From assembly GCA_040357565.1 (NCBI GenBank), contig JBDODJ010000059.1: DNA of 64,000 nucleotides; one strand, written 5' to 3'. The notes beneath the pieces were generated by a model, which made no database searches, was not told the origin of the DNA, and worked only from the letters and a program-made list of their open reading frames with translations. The position numbers were made by a program, and so were the translations under genes. Position 1 is the stretch's first letter, and the number at the start of each line of letters is the position of its first letter. Of the stretch, positions 1 through 12,201 are shown one piece after another. The DNA is from Cercozoa sp. M6MM. Taxonomy: Eukaryota > Protista > Endomyxa: Ascetosporea.

Positions 1-1829
1 CACCGTGAACCAGTCGGGCACACGGCCACGCCGCTCGATGACGCCGCTCTCGGCAAAGCTGAGGAAGATGGCAGCACGCACCAGGAACAGCACGGCACTG
101 ATGAGTCGCACAAAGTGCGCGCCTGCATCGGCGCAGAACCTCTGGGATGGGGAGGGAGTAAGGTGAGGGAGGGTGAAAGAGCAGAAGGACGAACCAGCAG
201 CAGCACGGACAGGAGGATATCGACAGTGATGCAGATGTCGCGCGCGCTGTCGGTTTCGTCGATCAGCGGCAGCGTCATCATCGACAGCACGAGCCATGAC
301 TCGATCGCGATCACAGCGCACAGGCGGCATGACGGCCCGAACGACTGCGACGACATGCACCTATCCATACTTGAGCATGTCGACTCGTTTTTTATCACAG
401 TGGATACAGCATCCTATCAGAACCAAACCGAGAAGTGAAAGACACCTTGTCCAGTAGGCCACGCTGCGGAAGAAACGCTCCACTCGCGTCGGCTCGGCTG
501 CCGGCAGCGGCTGCAGTCGCACGCGCAGCTTGGCCTTGCACACCGTGCAGCGCAGTCGCCGGTCGCCTCGGCGCATCTGCATCTGCAGTTCGGCTGTTCA
601 GTTGTTCAGTTTACACAAACGATCAGATCAGTCCAAGTGTTCAGTTTCAGGTCAGTTGAGAACAAAAATCAATCTTAGTGCTCTGGTGGGTATGCTAGTG
701 TATCTAAGGAAACCAGTGAGTAAATAAAAGGCGAAAAAGGGGACTCACACTGCAAGCACGAGCGGCAGATGAAACTGAAGCACTGGCAGGCCGAGACATT
801 TGAGTTTGTGGGGAACTCTTCCATACAGAAGCGACAGGTCTCTTGCTTTTTCGTCTCAGTGCTCGAGTTGCTTTCTTCTGTAGCTAAAGAGCTTGCAGCT
901 TTCTTCTGGGGACTGCTCGTTTTGCTTTTTTCGAGTGCTTGCTCGCCCTGCAACAGGTTGTTCGGAGCGTCGTTGTCGGTGAAGACGTTGGGCTCGATGT
1001 TGTTGCAGGTGTTGCTTTCGGTGCTCGAGAAGCGAAACTGAAACACGGGCGAACGGCGCGGCGACGTCGATTGAGCCACGCGACGTCGCACAATGTTGCG
1101 ACGCGCTACTTCTCCCAGCAGCAGCGGGTCCACTGAGCAGCACGAGCCTCGTCGCACTCTAGACAACGACACTTCAGCATAAGTTACGTTAGTATTTGGC
1201 ATAGTACTAAATACTACAAATAATCATAGCTGCACTAATTACAGGGCATCCATCTCTGCCTGCACGACAACGGGTGTGATTGGCGTGAAAGCGACCTCGT
1301 GAATGGCCGCATCGCGAGCAGTGTCTGGGCTTGCAGTGTCCACACCCTCTTGATCCTCGTCCAGCACGGCCACGACCTCGCTTGTCGACACGAAGGGCGC
1401 TGTGGCCGTCTGAGTCGCCGTGACTGACAGAGTAGCCACATTGGATCGCGGACCAAGCTCCTGCAACGTCGCCGTTCGCGCACGCCGCGGCGACAGCACG
1501 GCCAAAAGCGGCGACACTGTGCGTGTGCGTCTCAGGCGACCCACAGTGGCATTCTCGCTCGCGATCGTCGTTTGCGTGTTTTCAGTATTTGCCTGGGAAG
1601 CCAAACATACGGAAGTAGACCGATTTGTCTCACTGCAATCAACACCGGCACTCAAACCCACCCGAATTTCACGCAACGGTGCAGCTGCTGCTCGTTGTGC
1701 GGCTCGACTGAAGCTCGAGGCGCCCTCACTCGTGTCTGAAATTGAGTCAGTGGAGCCGCTTGAAAAAGACTCAATTTCGATGTGCAGGTGATTGTGAGCT
1801 CGATGCGGAGCGTCCGTAGCTTGCAACAT
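1..1829 (-). CDS. MARCH-like RING-CH (RINGv) membrane E3 ubiquitin ligase, spliced, 3' end outside window
   Basis: Spliced translation gives CRFCMEEFPTNSNVSACQCFSFICRSCLQ|SELQMQMRRGDRRLRCTVCK, followed by hydrophobic segments (AVIAIESWLVLSMMTLPLI, ICITVDILLSVLLL, LISAVLFLVRAAIFLSF). The N-terminus from ATG 1829 is long and low-complexity. Confidence 0.7.
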
Positions 1830-2352
1830 TGACGCAACTCAGTCACAGTTGATGCAAGCTAAAGTAAAATGGAACTGCTTTACTTAAGCAGTCTCATGTT
1901 CGCACTTGTGCTCGCGATCGGATCGACGGCCCTGCGCGAGAAACGCGTCGGGTTTTGCCCAACAGAGTAAATTACCAAAACAGTTGAGTCTTCCAAGCGG
2001 CCAAGCTCCAGCACTACTACACTATTAGTATTGAGAAGCTGGACTGAACTAAAGCCTTACTGTAGGACAATTACGGTTCACTGAATGAATTTTCTGCTTT
2101 AGTATTGTCAGTTTACTGAATGAATCTTATGCTTGGCTACTGTCGGTAAGACAGCGAGCCAAAGATTCTGAAAGGTTCCTGTTCTAAATGCACCACGCTC
2201 TAAGCTGCTGGGTTGGCCTCGGTAAAGAGCCGGAGTGCCGTACAAACAGGAACAAAAACCATGGTGATCCGTGTGGTGGCTACAGAATTTCCAGCTAATC
2301 CTCATTCAGCGTGTTTGGTTCGTTTTGGCACCTCCTAGCGTGTTCTGGCACT

Positions 2353-5300
2353 ATGAAGGTACCCAATGTGCAATTGAATGCGTGATGCGCCGCGGAGGTG
2401 CAGCATGTGTTTTGTGATCAGAGTACCGCTGTGCGGTCGCACGGCTCGGATTGTCAGAAGCGTGTGCGTCGCGAGGTGCCTCCTTTAGCATCTAGATTGG
2501 GTTGGAGTTGACCTGTACCTTGCGTGTGTGACACACAGAGGCAGTGCCGCGAGCAGGAGTTGCTGCAGATCGTGCAGGAGGTGTCCTACCTGCAGACATC
2601 GCCGTCGCTGGCACCTGTGTCTCCCGTCTGCAGCGACAGCGACAACGATGGCGACAGCGACGAAGAACTGACGCTGCTGGACTGCGCTTTCGACCAAACG
2701 AGCGACGTCGTTGTGCGCAGCAACAAAAAGACCAAGAAGCGACCCACCAAGAACAAGCTCGATCTCGCTGCCTTCTTCGTGGCTGAGGAGGTTTATTTTC
2801 GTTTGTTTGGCTTTTTGAAATACAAAAAACACTTAAACTCTGTGCAGGAGCAAGGACTCCACAGTGAGGCAGAAGAAACGCCGCAAGAAACGCCGCAAGA
2901 AACGCCAGTCGTGCCCACGACAGCAGAGAACGAACGGCCCGGGTCGGATCACGGTATCATTGCCCTGAGTGACGATGACGGTTCCACTGATCTCCCAGTG
3001 GTGATCGATCACACTGACGGTGACGGTGACGTTGTTGACGGTGACGTTGACGGTGACTTGGATGACCGCAAGTACAACAGCGACGAGGACAGCGAGTACG
3101 ACGAGTCGGACGACTCGGACTACTCGGCGTATCGCATCCTTAATATCACGCACCTTATTGTCGCACCCTTAATGTCGCACCCTTAATGTCGCACCCTTAT
3201 CCGTGTCCTCCTTTTCTATTAAGGCTGCGTTTGTGTGCAGCAGTGACAACGACTTGGAGCGCCGTCTGCAGCAGGCGTGGCACACCACTGTCAAGGACTT
3301 CCTCAAGTTAGTTTTACCCCCCCCCCCTTTACCCCACTTTTACCCCCCTTTACCCCCCTTGCCCCCACAGTAAGTCGACGCTGCTGCGTATGGTGCTGCG
3401 TTTCCTGCCGAATTCGGAGGTGGCACGAAACTGCGCGTCCGTGTCGCGTCACTTTTTGCGTACGACAGTTCCTTAAGTATTGTTAAGGGGACCTGTTAAG
3501 GGGGCTTTTAAAGGGGGCTTTTAAAGGGGCTGTTAAGGGGGCTGTTAAGGGGGCTGTTAAGGGAGGCTGAAATCGCTCCCTTAACGAATTTGCAGACGAG
3601 TCGATGTGCGCACTGCGGCACGTGCTGCCGCGTCCGGCCTCGACGCGGGCGAAGGGCGGTGCCGAGGCGCTGTTGCGCACGTGGCGGCACTCGCTACTGG
3701 CCGCCAACGCCGCCACGGACATCCTGGTGAAACGCTCGGGTCAGTCGGGAGCGCCGGTCTACGTGTTCCCTATGCGCGCGGCTCTCGATCTCAATGACAA
3801 CTTCTGCGTCGACTCGGACGGCAACGTCTTCCTGCCTGGCGAGTGTGGTACCCTCTTTACCCTCGTCCCCACCCTCCCCTTTGACCCTCCCCTTTGACCC
3901 TCCCCGTTGACCCTCGCTTTGACCCTCCCTTTGACCCCTTCCCCCAGACACAAAGACACTTGAGTCGCTGACGGGAGTCGACCTGTCGCACTCGGATGTA
4001 TGTGCTGACTTGGCCCGGGTTGTATCTGCACTGCTGGTTCACACTTGACACGCAGGTCAAGTCGATCTCGGTGGACCCGCGTCCGCGCGGAGGACGCAAT
4101 CAGGCGCTGCTGTCGTTCGTGAACGGCTGCCTGCTGCTGGTGTCGTGGCCCACGCAGGTCGACTCGGAGCGCTACCGGCACTTCCTCAAGCAGTGCAAGC
4201 AGCAGCCAGCAGACACGCGCGAGGACGTGGCGCGTCTGTTCGCGCGCTCTGGCATTCCGCGCGTACGTCGTTTTGTTGTTTTTTTTTGCATTTTGCTGTT
4301 TTTTTTTTTGCGTTTTGTTGTTTTTGCGTTTTGTTGTTGTTGTTTTTAGATGTTGTTGTTGTTTGTTGTTGTTGTTTTTTGTTGTTGTTGTTGTTGTTTT
4401 TTGTTGTTGTTTGTTGTTGTTGTTGTTTGTTGTTGTTGTTTGTTGTTGTTGTTGTTTTTTGTTGTTGTTGTTGTTGTTTGTTGTTGTTTTTTGTTGTTTG
4501 TTGTTGTTGTTGTTGTTGTTTGTTGTTGTTGTTGTTGTTTTTTGTTGTTATTGTATGTGCGTTTCGGGCAGGTCACGCTGGAGAAGTGCTACACGCGGAT
4601 GAAGCTGCAGCTGGCGATCTCAACGCCGGAGATTCAGGTCGACTGGCAGCGTCGCGTCGTTGGCATTCGCTACCAGTACTCTCCCTGTCTACCTACTACC
4701 TCACTGCCTCTACTGTCTACTACCTACCTCTACTGTCTACTACCTGCCCCCTACTGTCTACTACCTGCCTCCACTTGTCTCCCTACTGCGAGAGTACCTG
4801 GACCGACTGTGCAGGAACTCGTACTCGGTGGTGCTGCTCGACCTGGACGACGTGTCGCGCCGGGCCGTGCTGGAGGCCACGTGCGTGGACGGTGCCATCA
4901 CCCGCGTGTGGCTCACGTCGCGCGCGCGGCGACCGAGCGATCGCTGCACGTGGGACGGTGTCAGAGTCCACGTGGCCACTGACGACTCGGTGACCACCTT
5001 CACTTGCGATCAAACCGTCCGCGAAACCGTCAAAGAAACCGTCAAAGAAACCGTCAGTGAAACCGTCAGTGAAACCGTCAGTGATGATGACGGTGACGAT
5101 GACGATAAGACGGTTCGTTTCGCTGCGGCCTTCACGACGCGCAAGAAGGGCCGCCTGTGGGTATGTTCCTCTTTTACCCCCTTACCCCCTTTACCCCCCT
5201 TACCCCCTTTACCCCCCCTTACCCCTTTTACCCCCCCCCCCCCAGACTCACAACGACTATTTTGCCGTGCACGTGACGGCTTCCAAGTTCCCGTGTCGGT

Positions 5301-8300
5301 ATTTTGTTGTATTTTGGGTTTTTTGTATTTTGGGTCACGAAAATACCGACAATTGCCATTCATTCGGTCAGACGACCACGCGTACACGGTCTGTTCGACA
5401 GCGACAGCGACGACGACGACCCCGAGAATGGGTACTACTTTGTTTTGTTTGACTGTTGGTGTTTTACGATACAACAATTGCAGTTCGGACGTGGAGGACC
5501 AGTTCGCGAGCGATGACGAGTGTGCACTGCAGCAGCGTGCTTTCTCACTTCAATGCGGTAGGCCTGAGATCTAAGTTTGGCTTTTTGGAACAGTGTGATT
5601 TTTGCTTTGTTTTTGGTTTGTTTAAGTCGTTTCTGCACAAATAGGGAACAAAGCGAAACCAGGCGAGACGGTGCCGCCTCAATACGGCACGCTGACGATT
5701 CGGGTCTGCTAAACCTTGTTTCAGACACTGGGGACTCTTTCTGGAGCGAAGCTTTTTCTTTCTGCAGTCGCTGACCCGACGAAGCGTGCGAGCGAGTTTG
5801 GAGCTGCGCGTGCCGTTGTGTTCAGCACTTGAGAACCTGTATGTGTCTCTGGGCGACCACACGACCGCCCAGAACGAGTCCGAGACAAGCACGATCGTGC
5901 TTCAGGTCGGATCACGTCGTGTGAGAAATGTTGCCTTTCATGAACTCGGACGAGGCCGTTTCTTTGTGTGTTGCTGAATACCAGAAATTAAACTTGGGCG
6001 AGTTTCGCTGGATTGGCTCTTTGGGCAGGTGTGTAAAGTGCGTCGGCACAAACAACGACTCCACGTGCATGGCTCGGCTGCACTCTTGCCGGTTCGTTTG
6101 AGCCAAGTTTGAATCACTTTTTTTTTGGAAACTTCTTGCTCAGTTTTTTTTTTTTTTTTGTACTTTGTTTTTAATGTGTTGCAGAGGAAGTCGCAAAGCG
6201 GTAGTCGCGTAGAAGTGCGCAATGTTGACGTTGGCGCAGTTCGGCCAGGGTTGTGCGTGCTCAAAAGTGTATCCTGCCTGTATTGATGTGTTTGTACAGT
6301 GTGCGACTTGATGTGTCTGTGTGTTGGTTAGAGTGGCCTGCGATACCCACGAATGGTTCGCGCATTGTTCCAAGATACCTACAGGTACAGTTGGATTAGT
6401 TCAGCCGACGTGTTGCTTTATTTGTCTGTCTGCAGAAACGGCAAACTGCTTTCTCGTCGCATGCTGGTGTGTTACTCCCGAATTGTGTGTTTGTTTGTTC
6501 TTGTCTGAACTCATGGCAAGCACTGCAGAAGCCAGGTAAGGGCGACGTGATTTGCACCTTCCTGCCGCACACGCGTAAAACTGAGCTCTGGCTTTTGTGT
6601 AGTCGAGTTCTGTCAGTACACTGTATGTTTCACAGTGATGAACAAGTCGCGCGGCGGCATCGTGGAGAACTGCAGCGGCACTCGCTCGGACTTCTTGCTG
6701 TACCGTCTTTTTCTTTCCTTTTTTCTCGTTGGTTCTTTGGTTCTTTTTTTTCTGCTCTTTCTTAGTGCCTTCGTTTTGTTTTTCTTTCTTTAGTTTCTTT
6801 GGACCTTTTCTCTAGTTTCCTTTCTTTCGTTTCTTTGTTCTTTTCTTTGTTCTTTCTTGGGCTGATTTGCTTGTTGTGAGTTTATTTCTTGGGCCGACTT
6901 GCTTGTTGTCCCTAACTGGGATTGCTTCTGCAGCACGACTATGGTGTCGCCGAATTCGACGACCTACCTGGCGCCACTCGTCAAGTTCGGCGCTGTCGAT
7001 GCCATGTGCGAACGGTAGCTCTTTTGCCCTTCAAGTGTAATGACCAATGACTGTGTTCTGGCAGCATGAAGGAAGCTCAGGACCGCGCGGACTACAGTCA
7101 TCTGCACCGTCGATCACCCTTGTATGTTTCGGCAGTCTCCCTTTGTGAATAGTATTTTTGAAAGACCCTTCCGGTGCAAAGACAAGCGGCTGGTCGTTTC
7201 GCCTTGTCGCGCAGACAGCGCGATCACGTACGGACTCGCTACTTCACTTCTCAGGTGCGTTGCTTTGCCTTTGCGAGGAGCACAAGCGCACGGGCATGTG
7301 TGTTTCTGGAACAGTGCAAACCGACTCTGAGTGCGCAAGGCTTGCAAACACTGCATCAGAATCTACGTCGTGACCTCTCGCTTATCGAGTCGGTACTGTC
7401 ATTTTAATTCGCTTATTTATCTCACGTTTGGAGTGTATTGCGGCTACCACAGAGACTCCGCGTGGACAAGGTTGACGATGACCGTCATCTGGTCAATTAT
7501 TCAACGTACTCTCTCTCTCTCTCTCTCTCTCTATCTCTATCTCTCTCTCTCTTTTTTTATTCTAAGTATCCATGAACAGTCTCGGTGTTGGCGCATCGTG
7601 CCTTGCGGCTGCTGGACGCACTTTGGCCTGTAGCCTTTCATTTTTGTATTGTCTCGTGTGTGTGTTATCTGAGATAACCACTTTGCTGGGGCCTGCAGTG
7701 GGCGCACCACGCGTTGTCTACTTCCTTGATGTGTAACTTATGCCATTTAATTTATGTCCAGAGGAAGTGAAGTGTAAAACCAAAAGTGTGTCTTGCAGTT
7801 GCGACACTGAGATTCACCACGTGCGAACTTCGAAATCACTGGCCGCGTTTTTGTCGGAAATCGCCCGCATGCGTCGGTACCGAAGCTTAACTTGAGAATG
7901 TTCTTCGGATTTCTCTTTGTGTAGCGAGCGAGGCGACACGCCGCAACGAGAAGAGCGACTGCGTTTGATGCGAGCAAATCAGGAACGGTACGTTTTGCCT
8001 TCTTTTGCCGTATTTGCTGACACAATCCACCCTTTTTGAAGCCTGCGAAACAATCGAAAGACAAACTCCTCAATGTACCACTTCTTTTAGACTTGTTCTC
8101 TTGCAAAATATACTGAACTTGTTTTGGGCAGTTTGGACGATGAGGATGAGTCTTGTTCGCAATCCGCACGCGACGAGCGGCTTCGGTACAGAAAAACCAA
8201 GCTGCGCTGTTTGCTGCTTCTACCTTTTGAGGGACAGACGAAGTGTGTTAAAGCCGCTCTTCACGCTGCGATTGCTGCAAAAGGTGCGTTTCAACTTTGT

Positions 8301-9660
8301 GGTTGCTTAATTCTTTTGTATTTCGGCCGGTTCGAGCAGAAACTGTTCGAGGCCAAGGGCCATTTGCAGATCACTCGCGTGCGCGATCGGGTAGACTCGA
8401 GCAGCTTCGAACTCTTTTGTGTTATCCTCTCCTTCCTAGATCCGCGCTGACTGCCGAAACGCGTTGATGGACGCCATCTTGGAGGAGGTGCCCTTTTGTC
8501 TCTTTGGTTAAAGCAGTCTTTGACAGCTCTGTCACCTGTGTGGCGCCACACAGAAGCAGAAGGAGAGCACGCTGGTGACGTACTCGCGCTACTCGTTTTG
8601 GTCGCAAGCGGTATCTCTGATATGTGTGCTTTCTGTTTACACTGTGATTGTCTTGCGAGACACAGGACAAACTGAACGTGTCCGTGAGCGAAGTCAACGA
8701 ACTCATCGAGCGTGCGCAGCAACAAGGTTTCGTGCGTGTGCTCGGCGACAAGGCTTCGGCACTTTTGGTAGCCTATCTTATCCATACGCTCTCGATCTGT
8801 TCAACGAATTCTTCTCTTCCTCCAGATGGTGACGGGTCCCTGGCTCGAGCAACTGCAACAGTACCGCGCCGATCAGTCCGTGCTGGATGGTACGCCAGAA
8901 GGTAGATCTCCCTTCTTGCTTTTTGTTTACTTGCTCTTTTGAGGCGGTGTGCAAAACAAACATTATGTTTCGCCTTTCTGTCATTTTGCAGTCAAGAAAA
9001 AGACAAAGAAGCAGCGACGCGAGGCGGGACGCTCCAAGAAGACATCGCGCAAGATCCACCGTCCGTAGACAGGAGTCAGTTCGGCTCGGCGGGTGGAGCG
9101 TCTTCCATTTGCGGTCGCGTCGTGATCGAACTCTTCCAGTAAAAGACTAAAGGGGAATCCTCTGTATCGTCGGGTAAAATGGTGAGCCCGTAAACCCGAG
9201 CCAACAAGCAGGCATAATGTTGATCAGTATAGCAAGATAGCACGTTTCACTGACCCCCAGTATGTGCTCTATAAATACACTAGCCGTGTGCGGAGCATCA
9301 TTAGCGATCGGGGCGCGTCGAGTGAAAATCGGGCAAATTGGTTGAAAAAAACATGAGAATTTGACAAATTAGCGTCCAGTAGTTCAGCGATGCCTAGACA
9401 ACCACTACACGTGTCCAGGCTCCACTAAAGGTAAAAATAGCTTGCTTCGCGACAGGTTTTTTTATGGGCTCACTCTTTTTACCCGACGATAGGGGAGGAT
9501 TCCCAGGCTAAAGAAACAAAGGAATTGACATTGAGTGTTGAGTCATTAGACAGAGTCAAGGGGTTTCTTTTGTCTTAGCTGCTCAAAGCCCGACTCGTTG
9601 TTCTGGGAAGGCAGCAACGGGGGTTCCGTGCGAGTGCAAGGACTGGAACTGGGGAGGTGC
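2353..9660 (+). CDS. Large multi-exon hypothetical protein (possibly more than one gene; 3' end uncertain)
   Basis: ATG AAG|gtaccc at 2353 splices in frame to STAVRSHG...RRE|RQCREQELLQ. A chain of GC-rich open exons bounded by GT/AG follows (e.g. 3598-3848, 3948-4263, 4572-4675, 4793-5160). I recognise no family. Confidence 0.45.
4270..4560 (+). repeat. Intronic (TTG)n microsatellite
   Basis: Directly visible; fills one intron. Confidence 0.95.
9153..9504. mobile_element. MITE (non-autonomous TIR element, Mutator- or Merlin-like) inside an intron
   Basis: Imperfect TIRs of about 45-50 bp: GGGAATCCTCTGTATCGTCGGGTAAAATGGTGAGCCCGTAAA on the left versus reverse-complemented GGGAATCCTCCCCTATCGTCGGGTAAAAAGAGTGAGCCCATAAA on the right. 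Flanking 9-mers AGACTAAAG (9144-9152) and AGGCTAAAG (9505-9513) match at 8/9. No ORF inside. Confidence 0.85.
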
Positions 9661-9851
9661 TTTATCTAGTTAGTAGAGAACCTTGTCTCAAAGGAGCAAT
9701 CTACTGTATGCTCTTTCAAGTTCAGTCTACCAAGCACAAGATACGGAGGATAGCTACACTTAGGGTCCGAGTGGGTGACTTTCTCCCACGCGGAGCACCA
9801 CGACTCAGACCGACCCGACTGATAGGGTGGAGAGTAACGTTTCGTAACATA

Positions 9852-11320
9852 TCAGTCGAATTGATCGCCAACAAAGTAGACAATGTCAGCTTCGTCCAAA
9901 AGATCTGTGTGCGAAAACCGGTACAATCAGCAGCACAAGGAATTCGCACTTTCGTAGGGACTGTAAAACAAGTACGCGCAGGCAGTCGATTGACAGGCTC
10001 ATTCTCCAACAGCATTGTCATTGTTACGATCTCGTGCTCCTGCCCCCCGCCCGCAAAAACAGTGACAAGAAAATAATAAGTGCCAGTGGTCTAACACACC
10101 TGAAGTCCCGAGTAGTGCCGCAGCAGCTGCACTGTGCCGCCTTCGTGTTGAACGTGAAAGGCACCCACCACCAGGAACGTATCCCTGGGGAAAAAAAGCT
10201 CTTTATCCAAACGGGTCTCTGTTGTTTCAACAAAGAAATACCGTTTGTCTCGTCGGATCGACTGTGAAACTGCCTGTGCCATCGAACTATCCCACAAGCA
10301 CTGCGAACGCCACAGCTGCTCGACCTGAACACAAAACGAGGATTAAACGGGACATACAAAGGATAAAGGCGTCAAAAGGATAAAGGAGTGAAAGGATAAG
10401 AGGGATAAGGGGTCAAGGGATAAGGCAACATGAAACCTCGTCGTTGTCGCTAAAGAGTTCGAAAAAACGCTTTTCGTATTCTCCGCTCGGCATCTGAGAA
10501 CACTTTTTCCCAATCACACAGAACCCAATCAGAAGAAGACAAAACAGAAAACAAAACCTTGTCCGGCACGGCAAACATGGCACGCTGCCATGGTGACGTC
10601 AACTGCGACAATGCCTCGTAGCCTTGCTCACGTGCCACCTGCGAAACTGAACACAGAGAACTCAAGTCAGTCAAAAATAAAAGAAGCTAGCCGCCTGACC
10701 TTGTTGTAGCGTCGAGGCGAGTTTGCTGCAACCATAGGAAGTCCTTCGTGTCTGCACAGCTCGACTAGCTTTTCGTGACCGCGCGGATAACTCCTACAAA
10801 AAACAGCAAATCGTTTGACGTTTGACTTTTGGTGCATGCAACTTAGGTACGGACTATTGCGTCGCTTTCCGGTCTTCTCGCTGTTGAACAGGTTGCACAT
10901 AACTGATAACTGCACATAGGGGGAAAACTTACAGAAAAGTGTCGGTGCTGATGAGACCAGAAAAGTACTCATCCGTGGCGAGTTGCATGTCTCGCTCGAA
11001 GAACTCCATCGCCAAGGCCGCCTGATCATGCTGTTCCACGAAAGCTTCAAACAGTTCGAACTGTGTCTTCAAACCGATCGTGTGGCCATGGTACTCGCCC
11101 GAAAGCACAGCCTAAACTCAATGTAAGGCATGCCAACAGAGTAACTGAAAGCGCAGTCACAAGCGGAAAACAGTTTGGTATTTACGCGAACGCGCGGACT
11201 GGAAAGACGTGACTCAACATCCGATCTGGAGATTCGCTCACCTGTCCGGCCATCGTAGAACACCGGCAGTGCCTGCGCCAGTACCATCGACAGCACTAAC
11301 GACAGCAGCAGCATGTTCAT
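9852..11320 (-). CDS. Secreted ChaN-family (haem-binding uptake, Tiki superfamily) protein, spliced
   Basis: Signal peptide MNMLLLSLVLSMVLAQA. Motifs AVLSGEYH...QFELFEAF, ALAMEFFERDMQLATDEYFSGLI, LVELCRHEGLPMVAANSPR, QCLWDSSMA, VVGAFHVQHEGG and ADIVYF occur in the ChaN order. TGA stop at 9852-9854. Confidence 0.8.
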
Positions 11321-12201
11321 CCTGACGTCTATAAGCACAAGTAAAAGCAATGAAAAAAACACAAGAATCACCCAAAGAATTCAACCAGATGCTGATGTGC
11401 TGGAGCAGTAGCGCTGATTTAGGTTATTTAAGCACGGATGTACTGTACTCTGTTCCCGGAGATGTCTCTGCTTGCTGGCTCAAGGAGATTCATCCGACAG
11501 TCTGTTGGTCACCCGACCGCTCTACGTGATCTGGAACCACCACCAAGGATATCGTCATTTACTGTACGTTGTTACCTGTGTTTGAGTAGGGAAGCCTTGA
11601 GCAACTTTTTAGCAGCTAAGGGCTCTCTCTCTCTCTCGATCAGGTACTGTATGTAACGCATTAGCGTCCGGTACTTCAGCGATCCTGGATACCCTGTCCA
11701 GGCATGCCTTTATGGGCGGACATGTCGCATTTACTCTAACTAACACTGTGGGGGCACTCCAAGCGGTTGATTGGATTCATTTCGGTCCAGTTTAAGCTAA
11801 AATAACAATTTGGGATTATTGTACATCATGATTTGTCTTTTGTACATCAGTCGCGTCGTGCTGTGGTTTTGGAATGACCACGCCTCCTTTGCCACATGCA
11901 CCTTCACGGTGCGGCCGCCTGCACTGGTTCGAGACATCCCGCCATGGCAAGGCGAGTTATTGGTCGATGTCTTCTTTTGCCTTTTCGCTATCGGACATTT
12001 CGGCGTCCGAAACAGCACATTTTCGCAAACTACGGACACGCAGGCGCAGGGACGGACTTGTCGAGCCCAACAGCTACACAAGTTTCGAGTATTTGTGGCA
12101 GAAGTGCGCGGTGCGTCAACGAGAATAGGCACTTACCTCAGAACGCGGTGTGCCAGGAACGGCCAACTTTTTAACTGGCGACTCTGGCGATGAACGGTCA
12201 T

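Noticed and set aside
4145-4993. Poly-Cys/Val/Leu, HT-repeat and LSIY-repeat ORFs (also 27991-28660, 44174-44996, 46353-47204)
   Set aside because: They are translations of intronic microsatellites, not proteins.
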